This document shows, one piece after another, positions 42,122-54,303 of a stretch of 64,000 nt of DNA. Origin of the DNA: Planctomycetota bacterium (GTDB lineage: Bacteria > Planctomycetota > UBA8108 > SXIK01). Position numbers and translations under genes: made by a program. How positions within the stretch are numbered: position 1 is the stretch's first letter; each line of letters begins with the position of its first letter. Below the pieces are notes generated by a model that worked only from the letters and a program-made list of their open reading frames with translations, made no database searches and was not told where the DNA came from. The DNA lies in assembly GCA_965223845.1 (NCBI GenBank), contig CBDCXR010000004.1, forward strand, positions 1,120,001 to 1,184,000. The letters run 5' to 3'.

Positions 42122-42911
42122 GCGGATCGAGTTTCTCGTGTGCGCGTTCGTCGCGCTGGGGGGCGTCGCTTCGGCGGAAGCGTGCGACGACCCGTCAAGC
42201 TCGAGTGACGGAGAAAAGAAACCAAAGCCGGACGCCGCGAGAAAACAAGGCGTCGAGAAGTCGAAGAAGAAGGATGAGGACGGCTTTCTGCCGATTTTCG
42301 ACGGCAAAACGCTCAAGGGCTGGGAGCCGTCGACGCGAAAGAGCGCGGGAGCGTGGACGGTCGAGGATGGGATGATCGTCGGCAACGGCGACAAGGGGCG
42401 CGGCTATCTCATATACGAGAAGAAGGACATCTCCGATCTCGAGCTCAAGCTGAGCTATCGCTTTCCCGGAGAGGGAAACAGCGGGATCAGCGTTCGCGCC
42501 CGCAAAGACGAGACCCGAAAGCGGGACTTCCAGAGTTACCACGCCGACCTCGGTCACCTCGGGATCGGACGGCAGGTGCTCGGGGCCTGGGACTTTCACA
42601 CGCCGGGCCGACGCGAACACGCTTGCTTCCGCGGGACTCGGCTCGTAATCGACAAGGACGACAAGCCGACGGTGACGAACATCGAGGGCGCGGTTACGGA
42701 GAAGGACATCCGGCGCGGCGACTGGAACTCGGTCCACGTCATCGCGAAGGGAAACAACTTCAAGCTCTACATCAACGGGAAGCTGTCCTCGGAGTTCACC
42801 GAGCATCTTCCCGAGAAGCGCCGTCTCCATCGGGGGATGATTCAGCTTCAGCTTCACGATCCCGGGATGATCGTGCAGTTCAAAGATGTCCGACTGAAGA
42901 TCCTCAAATGA
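42114..42911 (+). CDS. DUF1080 (3-keto-disaccharide hydrolase family) secreted protein
   Basis: FDGKTLKGW, GNSGI, DWNSV, GMIQLQLH, VQFKDV motifs. Confidence 0.88.
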   Translation: MIKRIEFLVCAFVALGGVASAEACDDPSSSSDGEKKPKPDAARKQGVEKSKKKDEDGFLPIFDGKTLKGWEPSTRKSAGAWTVEDGMIVGNGDKGRGYLIYEKKDISDLELKLSYRFPGEGNSGISVRARKDETRKRDFQSYHADLGHLGIGRQVLGAWDFHTPGRREHACFRGTRLVIDKDDKPTVTNIEGAVTEKDIRRGDWNSVHVIAKGNNFKLYINGKLSSEFTEHLPEKRRLHRGMIQLQLHDPGMIVQFKDVRLKILK

Positions 42912-42983
42912 GGACTCGCCGGGAGGGGGATCCGCGGAAGCCGCGACACCCCGAAGCGTGACCGTAGCGAGCGGGACCCCGAG

Positions 42984-43040
42984 AAAAGGGCCCCCTAAAA
43001 AAAGGGCCCCCTAAAAAAAGGGCCCCCTAAAAAAAGGGCC
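42984..43040. repeat. 16-bp tandem repeat (AAAAAAAGGGCCCCCT), about 3.5 copies
   Basis: AAAAGGGCCCCCT-AAAAAAAGGGCCCCCT-AAAAAAAGGGCCCCCT-AAAAAAAGGGCC read directly. Confidence 0.95.
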
Positions 43041-43078
43041 AGGTGAGAACCGGGGGCATGGCCCGGCCTTCACCTGGC
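43029..43078 (-). terminator. Intrinsic terminator on the minus strand
   Basis: Stem GCCAGGTGA/TCACCTGGC with inner CCGGG/CCCGG pairing, followed by CC-T7 on the minus strand. Confidence 0.7.
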
Positions 43079-43488
43079 GGAGAACGGATTCTGGTTTTCT
43101 GTTTTCGCGTCGCGCAGGTCAGTCAGCCGACCGTTTGCGACGGTTTCTATCGCTCTGCCGCTATTTTGCCCTTGTTCGACCCGTTTTCAGCCGAAATCGG
43201 GGCTCGGCGGCGCGATCCGGCGACTCGACAACTCTCCCGTAAATCGCCACCGTACAGGATTTGTACGTCCTCTGCGCGGTCTTCGTACGGATACCCGTAC
43301 TACGCGCTTACGCGGCGGTCATCGAGAGTTCTCGGGGGTCGTGTAAGACCTGATCCGAAAACATCTTGCGAGCGTCGAGCGCCCGCCTCGGCGGGTGCGC
43401 CGCCGACCGGGTAAAGTCGAGACAGCGGCCTCGCCGAAGCGCTTCGAGAGCCGTCTCCGGAACCGGATTCGACCCGCGAGGGAAACGA

Positions 43489-43528
43489 ACTCTAAAGCAT
43501 TCCCCGGGGGGCTCGCAAGCGGTTTTTT
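43489..43528 (-). promoter_or_regulatory. Putative minus-strand sigma70 promoter with upstream A-tract
   Basis: Minus strand: A6 tract, TTGCGA-18 bp-TAGAGT. Confidence 0.4.
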
Positions 43529-43671
43529 GGAGATTGTTCTAACCCCAGAGAGCGTCGAAACCTCCACTCGCGAACGCCGAGCGGGACACCCATTCGGAGC
43601 GTCGGCCGAAGGCTCGCAAGCGCCGCGACGCTTTTGTAACGTCCAGCGCTGCAATAGGTTAAGCCTTGGCT

Positions 43672-46600
43672 CTAAAGGCTCTGCTGACAGTCCAGATCGT
43701 CCGCGGTCGGGTCCGTACCCGGCTCCATGAACGGCTCGGCGGGGGTGACGGTGCCCTGGAAGATGTACGTGAGGAGTGCGATCGCGTCGCTCACGTTCAC
43801 ACGGCCATCGTCGTCGACATCGGCGGCATCGAAACAAGGCGGAGTCTCGCCGCTTTGGAAGAGGTACTCCATGATGAAGATCGCGTCCGAGATGTCGCGT
43901 GAGCTATCCACGTTCGCGTCTCCGCGGAGGAAGAGAACCTCTCCCGTACCGGTGACGCGCACCTCGCCATTCGTGAGCGCGGGGAACACGGACGATCCAC
44001 CGAACGCGAAAATATTGAAGAGCGGCGGAGTGCCGACGTTGTCGATGAATCGAATCGGATACGCGCCGTCGCGAGTTCCGCCTCGAACACGCAACTCGAT
44101 GTCGACGAGGTGAAACTGATCGCCGGGCGGGATGCCCTGGCGATCGAAGGGGCTCGTGAAGTCGAAGATCACCGTGAACACGACGTGATCGTCTCGGATC
44201 GTGGGCACGACGAGCTCCGGCGAGAACATCTCCGTGTCCGTGCCCTCGAGGTGGGTGTCGACCGCTTCGAATCGCTCGGGGTCGAACTCGACGATCGTCG
44301 TGAACGCGTCGACCTTGGTCTCGGACGCGCCGAAGACGGGAACGAGGCCGCTCTCACCGGCGAGGATTCCGGTATCACCGATCCACATTCGGTTTGGATT
44401 GTTCGGCGGCGGCGGGTCGTCTCGCTTCGTCACGGTGAGCGTGCCCGACTGGGTCGTCGGAGTCTTGTTTTCGCCTCCGCTCACGAGTGCCGTCGTGTTC
44501 GTCGGGATCTCGGCGAGGATGTCGATCGTCGCGGGGCCGACGGGGGCGTCCTCGAGGACGTCGAACATGAACCGGAGCAGCGGTTCGTTGCTCGACACGG
44601 GAAGAGTGCGCGCTTCGAACGGCGGCGTGAACTCGACCAGCGCCGTAATCGCGACGGCGCTGTGCTCACTTTGAATATCGAACTCGGTAAATTCGGGAGC
44701 GGCGGTTGCCGTCACCGTCCCTTCGAAGCTCGCATCTGTCGGTGACAGGACGTTCGCGTCGTAACCGACGAGAACGACGTAGGCGTCGAGTGGAAGCGAG
44801 TTCGTCATGCGAACGAGAACGGCGCCGCTCTCGCCCTGTTTCACCTCGGTGTCCGAGACGGAGAGGGAGAACGTCTCGGGCGGCGGCGGAGGCGGGTCCG
44901 AGTCGTCGACCGCGAGGATGTGGAGCTCGTTCATCGCCGCGACGATGATCTCCTGACCGCCGTCGCCCGTGAGGTCGGCGGTCTGAACGATCCACGGATC
45001 CGGCGCCTCGACGAGGTTCGTCCCGGCCGCGTCGACGATCTCGCCGGCGCGGTTCTCGAGGAGTACGACGCGATCGAGCGCGATCGATCCGAGAACGACG
45101 TCGAGGACGCCGTCCCCCGCGAGATCAGCAAGCGTGAAGCGACCGTTGTCGAGGCTCGCCGCACCGCCGTCGCCGCCGCCGCCTGGATCGACGTCGCCGA
45201 CCGCGAAGTCTTCGACGACATAGCCGTCCTGGCCATCGTCGCGAAGAACCTTGAGCGCGTTTCCGAGGAGACTGGCGCCGTCGGTCGTGAGCACGAGGAT
45301 CTCCGGTCGCGCGAGCACGTCGCTCTCCGCCCCGATGACCCGGTCGACGGCGATCTGTTCCGCACTGCTCGGAAGATCGATCGATACGGCGTCCGCGAGC
45401 GGATACGGCGCCTCGGCGTCCTCCGGATCGGGGATCGTTCCAAAGTGGATGAGAAGCCGATCGCCCGTCGGATCGCCGTAGGCGAGGTCGAGCTGCCCGT
45501 CGAGATCGAGATCGCGGAGCGCGAGGCCCGTGCGTGACTGGCGCAGATCCCCGAAGGTCTGGATCGGATCGGCGGTGAGCGAGCCGAGGCGAACTTCGAG
45601 GCCTCGTTCGGTGTCGAAGACGTAGTCCGGGCCGCCAGAGTGATCGAGATCGCCGATACAGAGTCCGCGGACGGCCGAATCGAGAACGAGCTCGGGACCC
45701 GAGTCGAACTGGGCGGCATCGGCCGGGCCGTTGCTCGCGCGATTGAGGAAGATATGCACCCGATCGCTCGTTCCGACCACGAGGTCGAGGTCGCTGTCCT
45801 GGTCCGTGTCGGCGACCGCGAGCGAGAGAATCGTCTGCTGCTGGTCGACGGAGCCGGCATCGGTGAAACCTCCGTCGCCGTCGCCGAGGAGGAAGTGGAT
45901 CGTCGAGCCATTCTCGAGTCGATAGACGAGGTCGATGTCGCCGTCGAGGTTGACGTCGATCGGCAGCACTCCGGCGACCGTTCCCGCGACCGATGTCACC
46001 GCGGTCTTCAGTTTGGTGAGATCGACCGCTCGCGTGGCGACGCGGAACGAAAAGACGAAGCCGTCGAAGGTCGCGTCGTCGGCGGTGTCGAAGCGCAGGG
46101 CAGAGCTGAGCTCGATCGTGATCTCCTCGCCGGCGTGGTACGGAGTCGTCGGCCCGAGGACGAGGCGGCGGCGTCCGTCCTGCGTCGAGAGAACGACCGG
46201 GATCCGCCCGCGCGTGCTGCTGCGAACGGCGACCGTCCCGATGCCCACCGTGGCCAGATCGAGCGGGTCGCTGAAGCGAACGGTGATCTGCTCGTTCGAC
46301 GCGGCGTCACGGGCGTAGCTGACGGGCGTCGTCTCCTCGACGGTGACGATCGTTCCCGGAGGCGGCGGGGGAGGCTCTTCCTCGACGGTGAAGGAAAACT
46401 CCGTTTCGGCGAGCGCGACTCCGTCCGCCGACTTGAGTTCGGCGGAGAGCTCGACGCGGATGGTTTCTTCGTAGGCGTAGATCGCGGCCGGGGCGAACAC
46501 GACCCGACGTTCGGAGTTGATGTAGGAAAACACGCCGCCGATCACGCCACTCGTCGTGCCCGTGACGGTGAATGAATCGCCCGAGAGAGTCGACTCGTCG

Positions 46601-46881
46601 ACGTCCGCCGAGAAGACGACCTCAATTGCCGTCAGTCGTCCGACGCCGATCGCGCCGTCGACGGGGGTCGTCGCGACGATATTGAACGCGGCTGGTCCCG
46701 GGCCCGGGCCGGGCCCAGGGCCGGCGCCCGCACCCGCCGACGAGCCACCGCCGCCGGAGCTGTCGCAGCTCGACACCATCACCGCGGCGACGAACGCCGC
46801 GAGCAGAGGCCAACGCGGAGCGGCGAAACCAAGTGCCGCTGACGAGGAAAGGCGAGAGGATCGGTGCCAGACGCTCCTCAT
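43672..46881 (-). CDS. Surface lipoprotein: two Ig-like (Big_5), FG-GAP repeats, two cohesin-like and one dockerin-like domain
   Basis: Lipobox VSSC with Gly/Pro linker; IEVVFSADVD and ITVRFSDPLD; DVNLDGDIDL-type repeats; cohesin-like VGYDANVL and VEFDPERF; FLRGDANVD...DAADVDDDGRVNVSD. Confidence 0.8.
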   Translation of the reverse strand: MRSVWHRSSRLSSSAALGFAAPRWPLLAAFVAAVMVSSCDSSGGGGSSAGAGAGPGPGPGPGPAAFNIVATTPVDGAIGVGRLTAIEVVFSADVDESTLSGDSFTVTGTTSGVIGGVFSYINSERRVVFAPAAIYAYEETIRVELSAELKSADGVALAETEFSFTVEEEPPPPPPGTIVTVEETTPVSYARDAASNEQITVRFSDPLDLATVGIGTVAVRSSTRGRIPVVLSTQDGRRRLVLGPTTPYHAGEEITIELSSALRFDTADDATFDGFVFSFRVATRAVDLTKLKTAVTSVAGTVAGVLPIDVNLDGDIDLVYRLENGSTIHFLLGDGDGGFTDAGSVDQQQTILSLAVADTDQDSDLDLVVGTSDRVHIFLNRASNGPADAAQFDSGPELVLDSAVRGLCIGDLDHSGGPDYVFDTERGLEVRLGSLTADPIQTFGDLRQSRTGLALRDLDLDGQLDLAYGDPTGDRLLIHFGTIPDPEDAEAPYPLADAVSIDLPSSAEQIAVDRVIGAESDVLARPEILVLTTDGASLLGNALKVLRDDGQDGYVVEDFAVGDVDPGGGGDGGAASLDNGRFTLADLAGDGVLDVVLGSIALDRVVLLENRAGEIVDAAGTNLVEAPDPWIVQTADLTGDGGQEIIVAAMNELHILAVDDSDPPPPPPETFSLSVSDTEVKQGESGAVLVRMTNSLPLDAYVVLVGYDANVLSPTDASFEGTVTATAAPEFTEFDIQSEHSAVAITALVEFTPPFEARTLPVSSNEPLLRFMFDVLEDAPVGPATIDILAEIPTNTTALVSGGENKTPTTQSGTLTVTKRDDPPPPNNPNRMWIGDTGILAGESGLVPVFGASETKVDAFTTIVEFDPERFEAVDTHLEGTDTEMFSPELVVPTIRDDHVVFTVIFDFTSPFDRQGIPPGDQFHLVDIELRVRGGTRDGAYPIRFIDNVGTPPLFNIFAFGGSSVFPALTNGEVRVTGTGEVLFLRGDANVDSSRDISDAIFIMEYLFQSGETPPCFDAADVDDDGRVNVSDAIALLTYIFQGTVTPAEPFMEPGTDPTADDLDCQQSL

Positions 46882-47427
46882 TCGGTCGTCTCCTGAGAGT
46901 CGGCCCCGCGACGGGATGACCGATCGGGCGATCGCTTTCGCGCCCGGCACGAATCGTGTCGAGTGCGAGGTCGATCCGCCCCCGAACGCTGGACGCGTCG
47001 GTCGCGCGGGAAATCCGGGATGTTTCGAGTGACTCGCGATCCGGGCCCGGCGGCTGAAGGTGGCCGCTCTCGTCGGGCGAACCGGACGGAGGGGAAGAGA
47101 GGGTTACGGTAGAAATTCTCCGAACTTCAAGTGTACGCCTTGCGCCCATCGGCGTCGACGGTCGAGTCGGGCGAACTCGCCGTCGCGTCGCCCCGCGTCG
47201 CGCCCGCCCGCGAACGGCACGGCGTTTTCGTTCCGCCGGGGGACGAACGCGAAGCCGACCGCCGCAGAAACGATCGGATTCGGGCTCCCGTTGACGTCGC
47301 CTCGTCCGCTGCTCATAGTGGGTTGGGAGACGATCGGGGAGAGAGCCGGTCGGCTGCGAGCGGGAGCGCCGCGAGACGGAGCTCGCCGCCCGTCGTTGCC
47401 GCCGCAGCCCGCACGGGAGGCGAAACT

Positions 47428-48273
47428 TTGCTCAGGGAACGGTTTTCGACGGTCGACCAGGAGCTCGGGCAGAAGATCTGGACGATCGTCCGGCTCTTCT
47501 ACAGCGCGCACGGTGCGTTCAAGGAGCAGTTCGCCCAGTACGAGACGAAGGTCGGGAGCTACTCGCAGCTCCTCGGAATCCCGCGCGCCGACCTCCGACT
47601 CAACTCGCAGGAGCTCGCGAGTCTCCTCGATCTGAAGACGATCGAGCGCCTTCGCGACGGCTACGTCCACGAGCTCAAGGATCTCTGCCACCTCGTGTTC
47701 CGCGGCCAAGATCGGACGGATCTCCTCGATCGCTACGTCTCCGACATCTTCCACGAGACTTCGATTCTCAAGGAAGAGCACTACAACGTCATCACCTACG
47801 CGCCGCTTTACGAGCGCGACGAAGCGGAGGTGGAGCTGCGCCACATCCTCGACGAGGCGCACACCATGTTTCCGCACAAGCTTCAGCACATCCGCTACCT
47901 CTTCGGGCGCGCGCAGGCTCGGCTCGAAGAGCACCTCGCGAGCTTTTCGTCGATCCAGCTCTTCATTCGCTCGCTCTACCTTCACCGCGATCGGTTCGTC
48001 CGCGAGGCGTACGAGGACGGTCTGGACGAGTTCTATCGCTTGATGTATCCCATGGGGCCGTTTCAGGGTTATTTCGAGGTCGGCCGCGGATTCTACTTCG
48101 CCGGGTTTGACGCACAGGCGCGCGAGGCTTTTGCGCTCGCCGAAGAGGCGTACCGAAAGCAGCTCTTCACCGGTCGGGTATCCGGGAAGAGCGGCTCATC
48201 CGGAGAGCTGCGAGACGCCTTGCAATCCTTGCGATCCAAGGTGGGTCGGTTGGTAGCGGCGGACGCGCGGTGA
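47428..48273 (+). CDS. Conserved-looking hypothetical helical protein
   Basis: Protein-like composition begins near TTG 47428; LKDLCHLVFR and IFHETSILKE motifs; start uncertain. Confidence 0.65.
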   Translation: MLRERFSTVDQELGQKIWTIVRLFYSAHGAFKEQFAQYETKVGSYSQLLGIPRADLRLNSQELASLLDLKTIERLRDGYVHELKDLCHLVFRGQDRTDLLDRYVSDIFHETSILKEEHYNVITYAPLYERDEAEVELRHILDEAHTMFPHKLQHIRYLFGRAQARLEEHLASFSSIQLFIRSLYLHRDRFVREAYEDGLDEFYRLMYPMGPFQGYFEVGRGFYFAGFDAQAREAFALAEEAYRKQLFTGRVSGKSGSSGELRDALQSLRSKVGRLVAADAR

Positions 48274-48325
48274 GGGCTCAGACCCGTCGCGGATCTTCGC
48301 TGCGAGTGAGGAGAGGGGCGATTCC

Positions 48326-49279
48326 GTGAATTCGTCCGAGAGTGATCCGCGCGGCGAGTCGGCCGCGCCCGAACGATTCGTCGATCGACTTCATGCCGTC
48401 GTCGACCGGAAGGAAAGCTGCCTCGTCGTAGGGCTCGACCCCGACATCGCGCGTCTACCGCCCGACGTCCGGTCGATGATCGGCGAGCGAACTTCGGGCG
48501 GCGAAGGGCTGACCGCGAAGGCCTCCGCCGCGATCGGGCTCTTCTTCGACCACGTACTCGACGCCGTGCGCGAGAGTGCTGTTGCGGTGAAGCCGAACTG
48601 CGCGTTTTTCGAGCGCTACGGGGCATCGGGCTGGGACTGCCTCCGCCACGTCTGCGCGGCCGCTCGAGCCCGAGAGCTGCTCGTCATTCTCGACGCGAAG
48701 CGCGGCGACATCGGGCACAGCGCCGAGGCGTACGCCGACGGGCTCTTCGGCGACCAACCCGACACTCCAGGGGCGCACGTCGACGCGATCACGCTCAACC
48801 CGTATCTCGGGACGGACTCGGTCGCGCCGTTCCTCGCGCGGGCACGGACGCACGGGCGCGGCATCTTCGCTCTCGTGCGGACCTCGAACCGATCGGCGGG
48901 GGAACTGCAGGACCTCGTGGCGGACGGCCGCCCGTTCCACCTCCACGTCGCCGAACAGGTCGCTCAGTGGGGGCGCGAGCTCGACGGCGATGAGCGCTGG
49001 ACATCGGTCGGCGCGGTCGTCGGCGCGACCGCCCCCGAGAGCGCCGCGGCGATCCGGGCGGCCTTACCCGGGAGCCCGTTTCTCGTCCCGGGAATCGGGG
49101 CGCAGGGCGGGCGGCCGGAGGACCTCGAGCCCTACTTCTCGGGCGGCTACGGCGCGCTCGTGAGCGCCTCCCGCTCGATCCTCTATGCGTACGAGGGCAA
49201 AAGTCGGCCTTGGATCGATTCGATCCGCGCGGAGGCTGAGTCGACGCGCGAGCGCCTCGAGCGCGTGCGGCGCGGCTGA
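48326..49279 (+). CDS. pyrF: Orotidine-5'-phosphate decarboxylase (subfamily 2)
   Basis: VGLDP, KPNCAFFE, DAKRGDIG, RTSN, GAVVGAT, PGIGAQGG, SRSIL motifs. Confidence 0.95.
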   Translation: MNSSESDPRGESAAPERFVDRLHAVVDRKESCLVVGLDPDIARLPPDVRSMIGERTSGGEGLTAKASAAIGLFFDHVLDAVRESAVAVKPNCAFFERYGASGWDCLRHVCAAARARELLVILDAKRGDIGHSAEAYADGLFGDQPDTPGAHVDAITLNPYLGTDSVAPFLARARTHGRGIFALVRTSNRSAGELQDLVADGRPFHLHVAEQVAQWGRELDGDERWTSVGAVVGATAPESAAAIRAALPGSPFLVPGIGAQGGRPEDLEPYFSGGYGALVSASRSILYAYEGKSRPWIDSIRAEAESTRERLERVRRG

Positions 49280-49346
49280 GGACGGTGGCCACGACGAAGC
49301 GGTCGCCCCATTCGCGACTCGCCCTCGTCCCGCGCGCGGCTGGACG

Positions 49347-50453
49347 CTAAGCGCCCTTTTGCCGCCGCTGGCGCAGATACGCGTCGATGAACGGGAACAC
49401 ATCGCCGTCGAGAACCGCGTTCGCGTTGCCGTTCTCGAAGCCGGTGCGGTGGTCCTTCACCAACGTGTACGGCTGGAGCGTGTAGGAGCGAATCTGCGAG
49501 CCGAACGCGATCTGTCCCTTCTCGCCGTACAGCTTCGACAGCTCGAGGTCGCGGCGGATCTCCTCCTCGCGGACGAGTCGCGCCTTGAGCATCTTCATCG
49601 CCGTCGCGCGGTTCGAGTGCTGCGAACGTTCGTTCTGGCACTGAACGACGATCCCGGTCGGGAGGTGGGTGATCCGCACGGCGGAATCGGTCTTGTTGAC
49701 GTGCTGGCCGCCCGCACCGCCCGCCCGGTAAGTGTCGACTCGGAGATCCGCGTCCCGGATCTCGACGTCGATCGTCTCCGCGATCTCGGGAGACACGTCG
49801 ACCGACGCGAACGATGTGTGCCGGCGGGCTTTGGCGTCGAAGGGGGAGATCCGAACCAGGCGGTGAACGCCCACTTCGGCCTTGAGGAAGCCGTAGGCGT
49901 ACGGCCCGCGGACGAGGTACGTCGCGCTGCGGATGCCGGCTTCTTCTCCCGGCACTTTGTCGACGAGCTCCGTCTTGAAGCCCTGCTTCTCGCAGAAGCG
50001 GAGGTACTGGCGCTCGAGCATCGCGGCCCAATCGCATGACTCCGTGCCGCCCGCACCGGCTTGGACCGAGATGAACGCGCCCGAGCCGTCGTGCGGCTCG
50101 CTGAGAGTAGAGCGGACCTCGAGCTCGTCGATCGCCTGGCGGAGCTCCGTGAGCTCGGTTTCGAGGTCCGTGAGCGAGCTGTCGTCCTCTTCCGCCTCAC
50201 TCAGCTCGGCGAGCTCCAGCGCTTCCTGGGCCCGCCGGCCGAGCTGAATCGGGGGCTCGGTCTCCGCCTTGAGCCGCTTGATCTCCGCGATCACTTGCTG
50301 CGCAGCGTCGTTCTGATCCCAGAATCCCGGCGCGGCCATCTGACCTTCGAGTTCTACGATCTGCTTTTGGCCCGCTTCGACGTTGACCGTCTCCTTGAGC
50401 TCGTCGAGGCGATCGACGCAGGATCTGAGTTGGGCGATGAGGTCCGCGTACAT
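49347..50453 (-). CDS. prfB: Peptide chain release factor 2, single ORF without frameshift
   Basis: SPF anticodon-mimic (RISPFD), GGQ (GAGGQHVN), GSQIRSY; ATG 50453 in frame. Confidence 0.95.
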   Translation of the reverse strand: MYADLIAQLRSCVDRLDELKETVNVEAGQKQIVELEGQMAAPGFWDQNDAAQQVIAEIKRLKAETEPPIQLGRRAQEALELAELSEAEEDDSSLTDLETELTELRQAIDELEVRSTLSEPHDGSGAFISVQAGAGGTESCDWAAMLERQYLRFCEKQGFKTELVDKVPGEEAGIRSATYLVRGPYAYGFLKAEVGVHRLVRISPFDAKARRHTSFASVDVSPEIAETIDVEIRDADLRVDTYRAGGAGGQHVNKTDSAVRITHLPTGIVVQCQNERSQHSNRATAMKMLKARLVREEEIRRDLELSKLYGEKGQIAFGSQIRSYTLQPYTLVKDHRTGFENGNANAVLDGDVFPFIDAYLRQRRQKGA

Positions 50454-50517
50454 GGGACGTTCCGAGCTCCGATCAATTCCGAGAGAGTACTGTTCGCGGC
50501 CCGCGGGACGCAAGATA

Positions 50518-50546
50518 TTGAAAGGCCCCGAGGGGTGTGCTAAGTT
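50518..50546 (+). promoter_or_regulatory. Putative sigma70 promoter for carB
   Basis: TTGAAA-17 bp-TAAGTT with TG extended -10. Confidence 0.5.
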
Positions 50547-50901
50547 TCCGCGGTTTTTGGCCTTGGGGCGGAGTCCCGGCCACGGGAGAGCGCGTTCGCG
50601 AGCCGCGCGCGCCACGGTCGTTCGGGCCGAGGTCGGCGGTTGACGCCGCGATCTCTCGTATGGATCGGCGCCGATGGCCGCGGACCTTCTGCGGGATCCG
50701 TGGGAGCGGTGGAGACGCACCTAGAGCGTCTGACCGGGGGGAAGGCCGAATTTCCGAACCGAGCGTCCCGCCGCGTTCGCGTAGCATCCGACTGCAACGA
50801 CGCGGACGATTCCCACTCGGCGCCCACGCCACTCAGTTCACAAGAACCGCGTGCTCTCGCGAGTGCGCGAAGGAGACGTTCCTCTCGCGGAACGTACCGG
50901 T

Positions 50902-54120
<3,219 letters not shown>

Positions 54121-54303
54121 AGCGTACGCCGGCGCGGTGAGCTCTTCGAGCGAGGGGAATTTTTCTGCGCGGACTGAACTTCGTCGCCGAGTTTGCCGTT
54201 GATGGAGATAACGACCTCTCCGATCGGGCTGCTGCCGCGAGCCCCGATGGAAAGCGTGCCGCGACCGTCGATTCTGTAACCTTCAGCTACTTCGGAGTCC
54301 CGC

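Noticed and set aside
42984-43040. Repeat as a mini-CRISPR array
   Set aside because: Units are directly adjacent with no spacers, only 16 bp long, and no cas genes are present
43110-43175. Minus-strand GGGCAAA...CGCAAA resembling a c-di-GMP-I riboswitch
   Set aside because: The GNRA-capped P2 stem and GACGCAAA/P3 receptor pattern are not properly formed, and no gene lies downstream
43455-43570. GGATTCGAC suggesting a tmRNA or tRNA end
   Set aside because: No GGGG-type acceptor 5' end, no matching T-arm/CCA 3' end and no cloverleaf
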